From: Deferribacterales bacterium
Lineage (GTDB): Bacteria; Chrysiogenota; Deferribacteres; Deferribacterales; Geovibrionaceae
DNA length: 64,000 nt
Assembly: GCA_050253075.1 (NCBI GenBank)
Contig: JBFWJS010000001.1
Location: 384,001-448,000 of the forward strand
Reading direction: 5' to 3'
Positions 11,144 through 23,429 of the stretch are shown piece after piece; the stretch's first letter is position 1, and every line of letters begins with the position of its first letter. The position numbers and the translations under genes are program-made. The notes beneath the pieces were generated by a model that did not search any database, had not been told where the DNA came from, and saw nothing but the letters and a program-made list of their open reading frames with translations.

Positions 11144-11148
11144 TCAAC

Positions 11149-11157
11149 TTTTCCACA
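11149..11157 (+). promoter_or_regulatory. DnaA box
   Basis: TTTTCCACA matches TTWTNCACA; intergenic, 5 nt from parS. Confidence 0.55.
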
Positions 11158-11171
11158 ATTTATTTTTTTAT

Positions 11172-12485
11172 TTATTTTCCGATACAGAAGTTATCAAAGA
11201 TATTTGATAAAATATCCTCTGTATATGATAATCCGGTGATTTCTGATAATAATCTGAGAGAAGAATTGAGTTCAAATTCGAAAATATCAAAATCTATCTC
11301 AGAAAAACCTAAAAGTTTCTCCACAGATTCCGCTATCTGGTCGAAATACCTCTTTTGCCTCTCGGTGACCATCACAGATTTACTATATGTATCTCCATCG
11401 GAAAGAGCAACCTTCTCCGCACACTTATCGATGAAGCATTTCATGTTTTCACCGTGCTTCACGGATACATAGCAGTCTATTCCGGAGTATTCAAGCAGAT
11501 TTTCAGCATCAGACTTGTTCGATACCACAAGCCTTTCCATATCTTTAGTGATATCAAGGACATTTTCGTCCTCGTGATTCAGCTCTCGGGAGCTGTCGAG
11601 CAGCACTATCACAAGGTCTGCATCGTTTATCAGGGATATAGTCTTCTCTATCCCCGCCTTTTCTATGGCATCGTCTGTAAAGCGCATCCCCGCCGTATCC
11701 ACAAGCGATACGGGCACACCGTTCAGCACAAATGAGCTCTCTATGTAGTCCCTTGTGGTTCCTGCCACTTCGGAGACTATCGCCCTATCCTCTTTCAGCA
11801 GGTAGTTCATCAGGGATGATTTCCCCGTATTAGGCTTACCCACTATGGCGATGCGATATCCATCACGCAGAATCTTGTGTGTTGAGTACGAGTTAAGTAT
11901 CTCTGTCACAGCAGTTCGGAGTGTCTTTAGGTTATCAAAGACGATCTTCTCGTGTGCTTCCTCAATGTCTTCCTCGGGGAAGTCGATGTGAGCCTCCACA
12001 ACCGTGAGTATGTTTATGAATATATCTCTGATCCCTTCGATCTCTTTGCGCATGGAGCCCTTGAGCTGAGAATAGGAATAGTCTATCCCCTTTCTCGTCT
12101 TTGAATCGATGAGTTCAGCCACAGACTCAGCCTGTGTCAGATCCATCTTTCCGTTCAGGAAGGCTCTCTTGGTAAATTCACCCGGCTCTGCACCTCTGAA
12201 ACCGAGCTTTTCAAAATCTGCGAAGGCAGACTGTACTATCAGCGGGTTTCCGTGGAAGGATATCTCTATGACATCCTCACCTGTGTATGAAGCGGGTGAT
12301 TTAAAGTATGTGACAAGTACATCGTCTCTGACCGATCCGTTATACTCCGTGTGTGCTGCCATCCGTGGGCGCAGCTCATTCACATCAAGGTGTTTCAGGA
12401 CATCCGGTGCCCTTTCACCCGATATGCGGACAGTAATAACAGCAGATGATACCAGCGGACTCAGCGCCGCATAGATAGTTTCCAT
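11172..12485 (-). CDS. mnmE: tRNA modification GTPase MnmE (TrmE)
   Basis: SYTGEDVIEISFHG, PGEFTKRAFLNGK, GKPNTGKSS, GTTRD, DTAG, terminal FCIGK. Confidence 0.97.
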   Translation of the reverse strand: METIYAALSPLVSSAVITVRISGERAPDVLKHLDVNELRPRMAAHTEYNGSVRDDVLVTYFKSPASYTGEDVIEISFHGNPLIVQSAFADFEKLGFRGAEPGEFTKRAFLNGKMDLTQAESVAELIDSKTRKGIDYSYSQLKGSMRKEIEGIRDIFINILTVVEAHIDFPEEDIEEAHEKIVFDNLKTLRTAVTEILNSYSTHKILRDGYRIAIVGKPNTGKSSLMNYLLKEDRAIVSEVAGTTRDYIESSFVLNGVPVSLVDTAGMRFTDDAIEKAGIEKTISLINDADLVIVLLDSSRELNHEDENVLDITKDMERLVVSNKSDAENLLEYSGIDCYVSVKHGENMKCFIDKCAEKVALSDGDTYSKSVMVTERQKRYFDQIAESVEKLLGFSEIDFDIFEFELNSSLRLLSEITGLSYTEDILSNIFDNFCIGK

Positions 12486-13333
12486 CAGTCCAGAGTAGCT
12501 TCGAAAGCCTTTACGGTATTATCAAGAAGCATGGCTATGGTCATAGGACCGACGCCCCCGGGCACAGGTGTTATGTGGCTGACCTTCTCTGAAACTTCGT
12601 CAAAGGCGACATCACCGACAACCTTGCCGTCTACTCTGTTTATACCTACGTCTATGACAACGGCACCCTCTTTCACATGCTCCGCCTTGAAGAACTCAGG
12701 GCATCCGATGGCAGTGACAAGGATATCCGCCTTGCTTGTATAGTCTTTCAGATTCTGTGTGTATATATGGCATGTGGTGACAGTACAGTCAGCGGCGAGG
12801 AGCATTGCGCTCATCGGTCTGCCGACGATATTGCTCGCACCGACGACCACGGCATTCTTACCCCTTGTGCTGATGTTGTACTCGTCGAGTATCTTCATAC
12901 AGCCTGCGGGGGTGCATGGTGCGAGACCCTTATCACCCGTATACATAAGTCCTACGTTGAAAGGGTGAAAGCCATCGACGTCCTTTGCGGGGTCGATGGC
13001 ATATATTATCTTCTTTTCATCTATGTGCTTAGGCAGCGGGAGCTGAACAAGGATACCGTGAATGGTGTCGTCCTTATTATACTTTTCCACTGCGGCGAGA
13101 AGTTCTTCCGTCGGAGTGCTTTCATGCATGCGGATGACGACGGACTTTATGCCCGCCTCAACGCACGCTTTATTCTTATTACTAACGTAAATCTCGCTGG
13201 CAGGGTCATCCCCCACCAGGAAGACCGCAAGCCCTGGCCCGCGACCGTGTTTACTTTTATGCTCAGCTACTCTAGTCTTCAGATCCGCTCTGATCTTCGC
13301 TGCCAGAGCCTTCCCGTCCATTACTGTCGCCAT
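12485..13333 (-). CDS. folD: Bifunctional methylene-THF dehydrogenase/cyclohydrolase
   Basis: [34 protein letters not shown]. Confidence 0.97.
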   Translation of the reverse strand: MATVMDGKALAAKIRADLKTRVAEHKSKHGRGPGLAVFLVGDDPASEIYVSNKNKACVEAGIKSVVIRMHESTPTEELLAAVEKYNKDDTIHGILVQLPLPKHIDEKKIIYAIDPAKDVDGFHPFNVGLMYTGDKGLAPCTPAGCMKILDEYNISTRGKNAVVVGASNIVGRPMSAMLLAADCTVTTCHIYTQNLKDYTSKADILVTAIGCPEFFKAEHVKEGAVVIDVGINRVDGKVVGDVAFDEVSEKVSHITPVPGGVGPMTIAMLLDNTVKAFEATLD

Positions 13334-15752
13334 TGATTGTACCCTCTTTTACAACTGCGAATGCGATGATATCGTCCTCACCTGTATCCATGAGCTTAAC
13401 ACCCATTGTGTCCCTGCCCATTTTAGAGATGCCTTTTACCTCTGTACGGATTGTTTTTCCGAATTTGGTGATGATCATCACCTCATCATTATCCGTAACC
13501 TGTTTCGCTCCGACCACAAAGCCTGTTTTCGGGCTTACACGGCAAAGTTTAAGACCCTTACCGCCTCTGGTCTGAACTCTGTATTCCTCCACAGGTGTGC
13601 ATTTACCAAAACCTGCGGATGTAACGGAGAGAATGTAAGGTGCTCCTGTGAGAACCTCCATGCTCATGAGCTCGTCTCTGGACTCCAGTGTGATGCCTCG
13701 GACACCGCTTGTGCTTCTGCCCATAGGTCTGGCATCTGTGGAGCTGAACTGTATAGTCTTTCCTGCCTTTGTAGAGAGGATGACGGTATCTTCATCTGTG
13801 GTGATATCCGCAGTGAGTATCTCGTCTCCGTCACGGAGCTTAATGGCTACGATGCCGCTTCGTCCGCTGCTAAATTCCTCAAGGCTTGTCTTTTTAATAG
13901 TACCGGACTTAGTAGCGAAGAAGAGGTACTTGCCGTCTATCTCTGTAGGCAGCGGAAGCACTGATGCTACGTATTCGTCCGGTTCGAGTGTGAGCAGGTT
14001 TGAAATATGTCTGCCCTTTGCGTCTCTCTGAGCTTCGGGAAGCGCATAAACCTTAAGGTAATGTACTTTACCTGTATTGGTGAAGAACATCATCCTTGTG
14101 TGGTTTGTGGTGACGATGATGCGCTCTACGAAGTCTTCTTCCTTGCTTCCTGCGCCCATCTTGCCCTTTCCGCCTCGTTTCTGTGCCTGATAGCTGGAAA
14201 GAAGCGTAGATTTGATATAACCGCTGTGGGTCATAGTAACTACCTTTTCAGTATTCGGGATGAGGTCTTCATCTTCGAATTCCTGAAGTCCGGCAGCTAT
14301 CTCTGTTCTTCTTTCGTCGCCGTATTTATCGAGAACTTCCTGCAGCTCGTCTTTGATAACGCCCATCATAACAGGTCTGCTGCCGAGGATGCTCTTGTAG
14401 TATTCGATATCTTTGAGAGTAGCTTCGTACTCTTCTTTCAGCTTTTCGATCTCCAGACCGGTCAGCTTATGGAGTCTCATCTCCAGGATGCTCTGAGCCT
14501 GAATCTCGGAAAATCCGAATTTCTCACAGAGGTTTATCTTAGCTGATGGTGTATCCTTAGATGCTTTGATGGTCTTGATGACCTCATCTATGTTTTCCAC
14601 AGCTTTGATAAGTCCTTCTAATATGTGGAGTCTTGCCTCTGCTTTAGCAAGGAGGAATTTTGTCCTGCGGGTAACGACTGTTATCCTGTGTTTCAGGAAT
14701 TCCTCAAGTATCTGCTGAAGAGTAAGGGTCTGAGGTTTACCGTCTACGATGGCAACCATGTTGAAACCGAAAGATGTCTGAAGCTGAGTGAACTTATAAA
14801 GTCTGTTCAGCACAACATCTACGTTTTCGCCTTTTTTCAGCTCTATTACAACCCTGATACCGTCTTTATCAGACTCGTCTCTAAGGTCTGTGATGCCTGT
14901 TATCTTTTTATCCTGAACAAGTTCGGCGATCTTCTCGATCATAGAGGCCTTGTTTACAAGATAAGGTATCTCACGGACGACTATCACAGGCTTACCTGTT
15001 TTAGTCTCTTCAAACTGAACCTTCGCACGGATAATGATAGAGCCGCGTCCTGTGCGGTAAGCAGTCTGAATGTCCCTGCTGCCCATTATTATACCGGCAG
15101 TGGGAAAGTCAGGTCCTTTGATAAGCCCCAGAATATCCTCTGTGCTGTATTCAGGATTATCTATCATGTGCTTTAAAGCACTGATAATCTCAGTGATATT
15201 GTGCGGTGGTATGTTTGTAGCCATACCGACGGCGATACCGCTTGTACCGTTTACAAGGAGTGTCGGTATACGTGTAGGGAGCACAACAGGCTCTGTCATC
15301 GAACCGTCATAGTTCTCAGCGAAGTCTACCGTGTCTTTATCGAGGTCAGCAAGGATATCGTCTGATATCTTAGAAAGTCTGATCTCTGTATACCTCATCG
15401 CCGCTGCGGAGTCTCCGTCGACAGAACCAAAGTTACCCTGTCCGTCTACGAGAGGATAGCGGAGTGAGAAATCCTGTGCCATACGTACGATAGTGTCATA
15501 TACGGCAGAGTCACCGTGTGGGTGATACTTACCGATAACGTCACCGACGATACGTGCGGATTTCTTATATGCTTTGTTGTAATGTACGCCCATCTCGTTC
15601 ATGGAGAAGAGCGAACGTCTGTGAACAGGCTTAAGGCCGTCACGGACATCAGGAAGAGCTCGACCCACGATAACGGACATCGCATAATCGAGATAACTAT
15701 TCTTTACCGATTCTTCTATACTAATGTCGATAGTTTTACTTGTATCAGCCAT
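13272..15752 (-). CDS. gyrA: DNA gyrase subunit A
   Basis: [17 protein letters not shown] (catalytic Tyr), GyrA-box QKRGGKG. Confidence 0.98.
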   Translation of the reverse strand: MADTSKTIDISIEESVKNSYLDYAMSVIVGRALPDVRDGLKPVHRRSLFSMNEMGVHYNKAYKKSARIVGDVIGKYHPHGDSAVYDTIVRMAQDFSLRYPLVDGQGNFGSVDGDSAAAMRYTEIRLSKISDDILADLDKDTVDFAENYDGSMTEPVVLPTRIPTLLVNGTSGIAVGMATNIPPHNITEIISALKHMIDNPEYSTEDILGLIKGPDFPTAGIIMGSRDIQTAYRTGRGSIIIRAKVQFEETKTGKPVIVVREIPYLVNKASMIEKIAELVQDKKITGITDLRDESDKDGIRVVIELKKGENVDVVLNRLYKFTQLQTSFGFNMVAIVDGKPQTLTLQQILEEFLKHRITVVTRRTKFLLAKAEARLHILEGLIKAVENIDEVIKTIKASKDTPSAKINLCEKFGFSEIQAQSILEMRLHKLTGLEIEKLKEEYEATLKDIEYYKSILGSRPVMMGVIKDELQEVLDKYGDERRTEIAAGLQEFEDEDLIPNTEKVVTMTHSGYIKSTLLSSYQAQKRGGKGKMGAGSKEEDFVERIIVTTNHTRMMFFTNTGKVHYLKVYALPEAQRDAKGRHISNLLTLEPDEYVASVLPLPTEIDGKYLFFATKSGTIKKTSLEEFSSGRSGIVAIKLRDGDEILTADITTDEDTVILSTKAGKTIQFSSTDARPMGRSTSGVRGITLESRDELMSMEVLTGAPYILSVTSAGFGKCTPVEEYRVQTRGGKGLKLCRVSPKTGFVVGAKQVTDNDEVMIITKFGKTIRTEVKGISKMGRDTMGVKLMDTGEDDIIAFAVVKEGTINGDSNGREGSGSEDQSGSED

Positions 15753-15760
15753 TAATTCAC

Positions 15761-19150
<3,390 letters not shown>

Positions 19151-19151
<1 letters not shown>

Positions 19152-20257
19152 TAGTACCTGTTGATAGAGATTGGTACTACAAGGTATTTATACTCGCCAG
19201 ATTCAGGGAGTATAACTGCAGGGTTTCTCTCACCCATCATATGCAGCTTGAAATAGTCTGTGTCTATGTTTGAAACCATCTCTGCGACATGTTTAGCATT
19301 GAAGATGATGTCTATAGGCTGACCGTTGTATTCGAAATCGTCTATGGATTCGTGTCCTGTGCCGTATTCTGTCTCAAGGGAGTAGATAGTCAGCGTGCCC
19401 GGTTTGAATGAAAGCACGACACCGTGTGTCACTTCGCTGGTGATGGCAGATACCCTTTTGACAACGTCGAGGAACTCCGACTTTCTCAGCTTAGCCTGCA
19501 TAGGGAGCTCGTTAGTGAAGAGCTTTGTGATGCTCTTGATGTACTTTTCTATCAGTTTGCTGAATATCTTTATCTCGCCTATGGTGAAGACTATCTGTCT
19601 TCTGTCTGTTTCGACCTCGATGTATTCATCCTGATCGAGAATTTTAAGAAGCTCTGTAACAGTCTTACGAGGTATGTTGATCATAAATTCGTTAGAGTAT
19701 TCCTCGTCGAATTTTATGCTGCTGGTGGCGATACGCTGGAAGTCCGCTGCGGATATCTCGAGCTTATCTCCGTAAACAGCCATGTGTGATCCTGTGTACT
19801 CTATCTTAGATGCATCTGTTGAGATGCAGAAGCTTGTCTTTTTAAGAAGGTCATAAAGCATGGAAGACTTTATCTTCAGGTAATATTCGGGTGTTATCTC
19901 TGCCATAGTAGGGAACTGAGAAAAATCGATGGTAGAGAGTTTGAAGTTAGATTTTCCTGAATCAATATTGATCTTTGATCCGTCAAATGAGAAATCTATA
20001 ACTGATCCGTCAGGTATCTCTTTTATGATGTCTAAAAGTTTCTTACCTGATACTGTTGCTGTACCTGTCTCTTCAACTGAAACGGCTACCTTTCCTGAGA
20101 AACCGACCTGCATGTCTGTTGCACGAAGGGTTATACCGTCTGATTCAGCATCTATGAGGATGTTCTGCAGAACCGTATTGAGGTTCTTAGGGCTGGTAAA
20201 ACTGTTTGCAAATTGTATGAAGGGGTAGATTTCATCTTTTACGGCCTTAAAACGCAT
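19151..20257 (-). CDS. dnaN: DNA polymerase III beta sliding clamp
   Basis: 368 aa; LRATD, FKLSTIDFSQFP, IIFNAKH, terminal YLVVPI; heads recF-gyrB-gyrA. Confidence 0.93.
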
Positions 20258-20470
20258 AGTGACCTCTTAGTATTATATTATAAATATAGTTGTAGTAATA
20301 ATAAGCTATTTGGAAATTGTTGACAAGCGATTTTGACCAAATTTGTCAATGATTTTTGCTCGTCGAAAACTGTGGAAATCATTTACGTACTTTCCACATA
20401 TTAAACACAATTGAAAAAAAAGTAAAACATCGGCTATAATTACGTGGAAAAAATAAAAACTTGTCAACAG
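20258..20470. other. oriC: Predicted chromosomal origin oriC
   Basis: AT-rich tract 20271-20288; DnaA-trio-like TAG TTG TAG TAA TAA TAA 20287-20304; DnaA-box-like 9-mers at 20309, 20318, 20371, 20390, 20401, 20443 and 20461; directly upstream of dnaN. Confidence 0.8.
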
Positions 20471-20488
20471 GACTAAACACTTTATAAT
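20411..20488 (+). promoter_or_regulatory. Two tandem sigma70-type promoters for the hfq-like gene
   Basis: TTGAAA-N18-TATAAT (20411-20440) and TTGTCA-N16-TATAAT (20461-20488). Confidence 0.5.
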
Positions 20489-20544
20489 CATTTAAACCAA
20501 GGTTATTAGGTTTGGTTTTTTAATTTTTAGGAAGGCTCATTGTA

Positions 20545-21060
20545 ATGGATAATTCATCAACTTTTCACGCACAGATAGAATTTGTATTCATGCATAACGC
20601 ACGTACAAAAAAGATCCCCCTTATGTTCATCATGAAAAACAAGGAGAGGTTCAGAGGGCGTGTAGAGGATTTTGATCAGTACCACATCATTATCGATGAT
20701 GCTGAATTGAAAATTATGTTAAATAAGAATGACATAGCTACTGTTGCAGCGGCAAAGACCGTTGTTGATATCGACTATATTTCGAAGATATATTACAACG
20801 CACATCAGGGTAAACACCCACGTCACACACGCCCGCCTATGCAGGATATATTCCTTAACGAGGTGCGTAAATCACGCTCGCCTATCATCAGCTTCCTTAT
20901 AAACGGGGTTAAGATACGCGGCAGCCTCATCGGTTTTGATAACTATACAATGCTGACAGCTTTCGAAGGACGCCAGCAGCTTGTTTATAAAAATACTGTC
21001 TCCACCGTGTTCCCTATATATCAGCACGGCGAGATCATAAAATACGATAACGAGAGATAA
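20545..21060 (+). CDS. hfq: RNA chaperone Hfq-family protein with two tandem Sm domains
   Basis: C-terminal MQDIFLNEVRK...FLINGVKIRG...FDNY...QLVYKNTVSTVFP is Hfq-like; the N-terminal half repeats the pattern (IPLMFIMKN...RGRVEDFDQY...MLNKNDIATV). Confidence 0.85.
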   Translation: MDNSSTFHAQIEFVFMHNARTKKIPLMFIMKNKERFRGRVEDFDQYHIIIDDAELKIMLNKNDIATVAAAKTVVDIDYISKIYYNAHQGKHPRHTRPPMQDIFLNEVRKSRSPIISFLINGVKIRGSLIGFDNYTMLTAFEGRQQLVYKNTVSTVFPIYQHGEIIKYDNER

Positions 21061-21061
21061 C

Positions 21062-21424
21062 ATGCAGGAACTTAAAATATTAGTAGTAGATGATGAAGAG
21101 CACACACGCTTAGGCTATACCGAAATACTTAAAATGGGCGGACACCATGTGGATATGGCCGCAGACGGTATGGAAGGACTGGCAAAGGCCTCTGTGGAAG
21201 AGTACGACCTTATCATCACAGACCTGCACATGCCGAAGATGAACGGTGTGGAATTCATCGAACAGCTTGATAAAAAGAATGATAAAGCGAAGAAGATAGT
21301 CATCACGGCTTTCGGATCTTATAAATCTTTCAAAGAAACAGCAGACCACGGAGCATGTCTCTACCTTAACAAGCCTGTCCGTGCGGCAGACCTTGAGCAA
21401 GCTCTCTACGACTGCTTCAAGTAG
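21062..21424 (+). CDS. Single-domain response regulator (receiver)
   Basis: ILVVDDE, TDLHMP, ITA, KP. Confidence 0.92.
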   Translation: MQELKILVVDDEEHTRLGYTEILKMGGHHVDMAADGMEGLAKASVEEYDLIITDLHMPKMNGVEFIEQLDKKNDKAKKIVITAFGSYKSFKETADHGACLYLNKPVRAADLEQALYDCFK

Positions 21425-21440
21425 GCTCGCCTACCTTTTA
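21421..21440 (+). terminator. Possible weak intrinsic terminator
   Basis: GTAGG-CTCG-CCTAC hairpin followed by CTTTTA at the response regulator stop. Confidence 0.35.
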
Positions 21441-21510
21441 TCACAAAGTCTTGGAATTGTCTGACAGTATGACCTTACCGATCCCGCCGGTCACTTACTT
21501 ACGTGATAAT

Positions 21511-21615
21511 GTCATCATGAGGAACGGAGTGACGTAATGATCTCAGCCGATAGAATATATTAAATATGGTTTTAGATTCTTACGTAAGAACATAAATGTT
21601 CTTCCTCAGAATGAC
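21511..21615. repeat. Short palindromic (RPE/REP/MITE-like) element
   Basis: 14-bp terminal inverted repeats GTCATCATGAGGAA / TTCCTCAGAATGAC (2 mismatches); internal palindromes TTCTTACGTAAGAA and AAGAACAT-AA-ATGTTCTT; related copy at 38944. Confidence 0.65.
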
Positions 21616-21700
21616 CGTCAACTTCATAGGCGAGTAGCACGAGCCGCTAAACGAGGAAGTACAAAACACTTCTTATAATTCGGCCGTCGCTCCTAAGCGA

Positions 21701-23371
21701 CTAGAAGGTGCATGAACGCTGTGTTTCGATAAACACAGGGTCATCTTCAAGGCTGATGAAGTGCTGTTTGCCGAATCTCTTTTGGAAATATCTGCTGATA
21801 TCCCTTTCAAGGAAGAACTGCACGGCAGACATTGTCGGGTCGCCGGAGAAGGTTTTCACCTTTTTTTCGTATTTCTTAGGTATTGCAGAGAGAGAGATAA
21901 GGTCGTCTGCTAGTGTATCACTGTCTGTCAGTGAATAGAAAACGACATCGTCGATGCGTCCGAACTGCTTCTCTGTGTATGAGATAACCGAATGGATGAA
22001 AACACGCAGCCTGTGAAGGCTGTCGAGTGCTTTCTGGTCTATATAGAGCTCTATCCCCTGTTTGCGGTAGAGGTTGAATCTTTTCACATCGCCTTTAACG
22101 CTCAGCTTCACGGTGAGCTCAAGAGGGCAGTCGTCCATTACGTCTGCTCTGTCGTACAGGTTTAGCCTGCGGTCTGCGAGCCCGTTCTTCATAAGGAGTG
22201 CGGCAGTGCGGAAGAATACCGTGAATGATATAGAATCCGGCTGGTGGAAATCATCCTTCACAGCCACGTTCAGCAGGTCTTTGCTGATGGTCACTATCGG
22301 GTTTTTACCCCTGAATTCAGACATGCCGAAGAGGGAATCGCAGTCTATGAACCCTGCAGACATATCATAAAGGTTTCCTTCGTCGAGGAAGTGCGCCTTT
22401 TCAATATTATCGAGAGGTATTAGCAGTTTCTTTCCCGGGGTCTGGTTTACGAAACGCATGAACCTAACGAGGTCTCTGTGGTTTTCCCTCGGCTGTAAAA
22501 CTTCCACAAGCAGGTCGCCCAGCTCCATAGACTTATATTTCACCAGTCCGAACATTTCCTCACCTTCGAAGTACGGCTCGTCTAGGACAACTATCACACG
22601 CTCGATGTCTGTAATGTCGATATTATTGTGGATAAAGTCTGATATAAGCTGATCCTCGAGTATCTTCGTGAGCCTTTCGGATGTTCTCACCTCGCCCTTG
22701 TTCACAACACTGCTGAGGGCTGCGCTGTAATGGTAATAGAGTATGAAACCCTGCTGTTGTACGAGGAGCAGTCCGTCATTGCTGAAGGATGCGTCGTCGT
22801 CTTTATGTTCGTTCTCTTCGTATTTTCTGATCTCTATGGTGTCGCCCTGTTCGGCGGCTATCTCTGCTATCGGTCTTTCGTCATATACAAGGTCGTCTAC
22901 GATAACTTCATCGCTGAAATCCTCGATAACTTCGGGTTTGCTCGGTTTCTGATCGGCTTCTTTTATAAACATTTCTGTGGAGAGCACAGATTTGAATTCG
23001 TTCTCTTCGATTATCTGCCCGTCGCTCTTTTTGATCTTAAGGCTGACGATGTTCGGGTCCGTCCCTTCGAATTTGGCCGCTGCCTGAGTGTCTACAGTGA
23101 TGTTTGATTTTATGCCGTACTGACAGGCGAGCCTCATGCCCGCGTCGATGCTTGCCTCTGCGAGGACAAGGCGTTCCTTCTTTGTGGGTTTGTTGACAGA
23201 CTGCCCCGATACCTTCACCTTACATTTTCCGCACTGTCCGCTTCCGTCACAGAGCTTCTTTTCTATAAGGTTATTCTCACGCAGAAGGTGATAAAGGTTA
23301 GCGCCGCTTTTCACCTCAAAGGCATGTCCGCTGCCGGCTACGGTTACTGTAAATTTTTTTGAGCCAAACAT
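21701..23371 (-). CDS. 2Fe-2S ferredoxin-domain protein with a divergent RACo/ASKHA-like C-terminal region
   Basis: CDGSGQCGKC...RLAC; C-terminal IDQKALD...IDDVVF...ISLEDDPVF resembles the RACo C-terminus. Confidence 0.65.
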   Translation of the reverse strand: MFGSKKFTVTVAGSGHAFEVKSGANLYHLLRENNLIEKKLCDGSGQCGKCKVKVSGQSVNKPTKKERLVLAEASIDAGMRLACQYGIKSNITVDTQAAAKFEGTDPNIVSLKIKKSDGQIIEENEFKSVLSTEMFIKEADQKPSKPEVIEDFSDEVIVDDLVYDERPIAEIAAEQGDTIEIRKYEENEHKDDDASFSNDGLLLVQQQGFILYYHYSAALSSVVNKGEVRTSERLTKILEDQLISDFIHNNIDITDIERVIVVLDEPYFEGEEMFGLVKYKSMELGDLLVEVLQPRENHRDLVRFMRFVNQTPGKKLLIPLDNIEKAHFLDEGNLYDMSAGFIDCDSLFGMSEFRGKNPIVTISKDLLNVAVKDDFHQPDSISFTVFFRTAALLMKNGLADRRLNLYDRADVMDDCPLELTVKLSVKGDVKRFNLYRKQGIELYIDQKALDSLHRLRVFIHSVISYTEKQFGRIDDVVFYSLTDSDTLADDLISLSAIPKKYEKKVKTFSGDPTMSAVQFFLERDISRYFQKRFGKQHFISLEDDPVFIETQRSCTF

Positions 23372-23402
23372 CTGTGTTTCTCCCCGTACATATTCAAAGT
23401 TA

Positions 23403-23429
23403 TAATCGACAATAATATCAGGAACTTGA
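23403..23429 (-). promoter_or_regulatory. Candidate sigma28 (FliA) promoter
   Basis: Minus strand TCAA-N15-GTCGATTA, about 30 nt upstream of the ATG at 23371. Confidence 0.55.

Noticed and set aside
11064..11144. 26-codon minus-strand ORF MFHVKQ...RCGE between mnmE and mnmG
   Set aside because: MFHVK is simply the translation of the parS palindrome; no convincing RBS.
20306..20491. 61-aa minus-strand ORF upstream of dnaN as a dnaA remnant
   Set aside because: No DnaA motifs; it lies over the AT-rich origin boxes and is best explained as chance.
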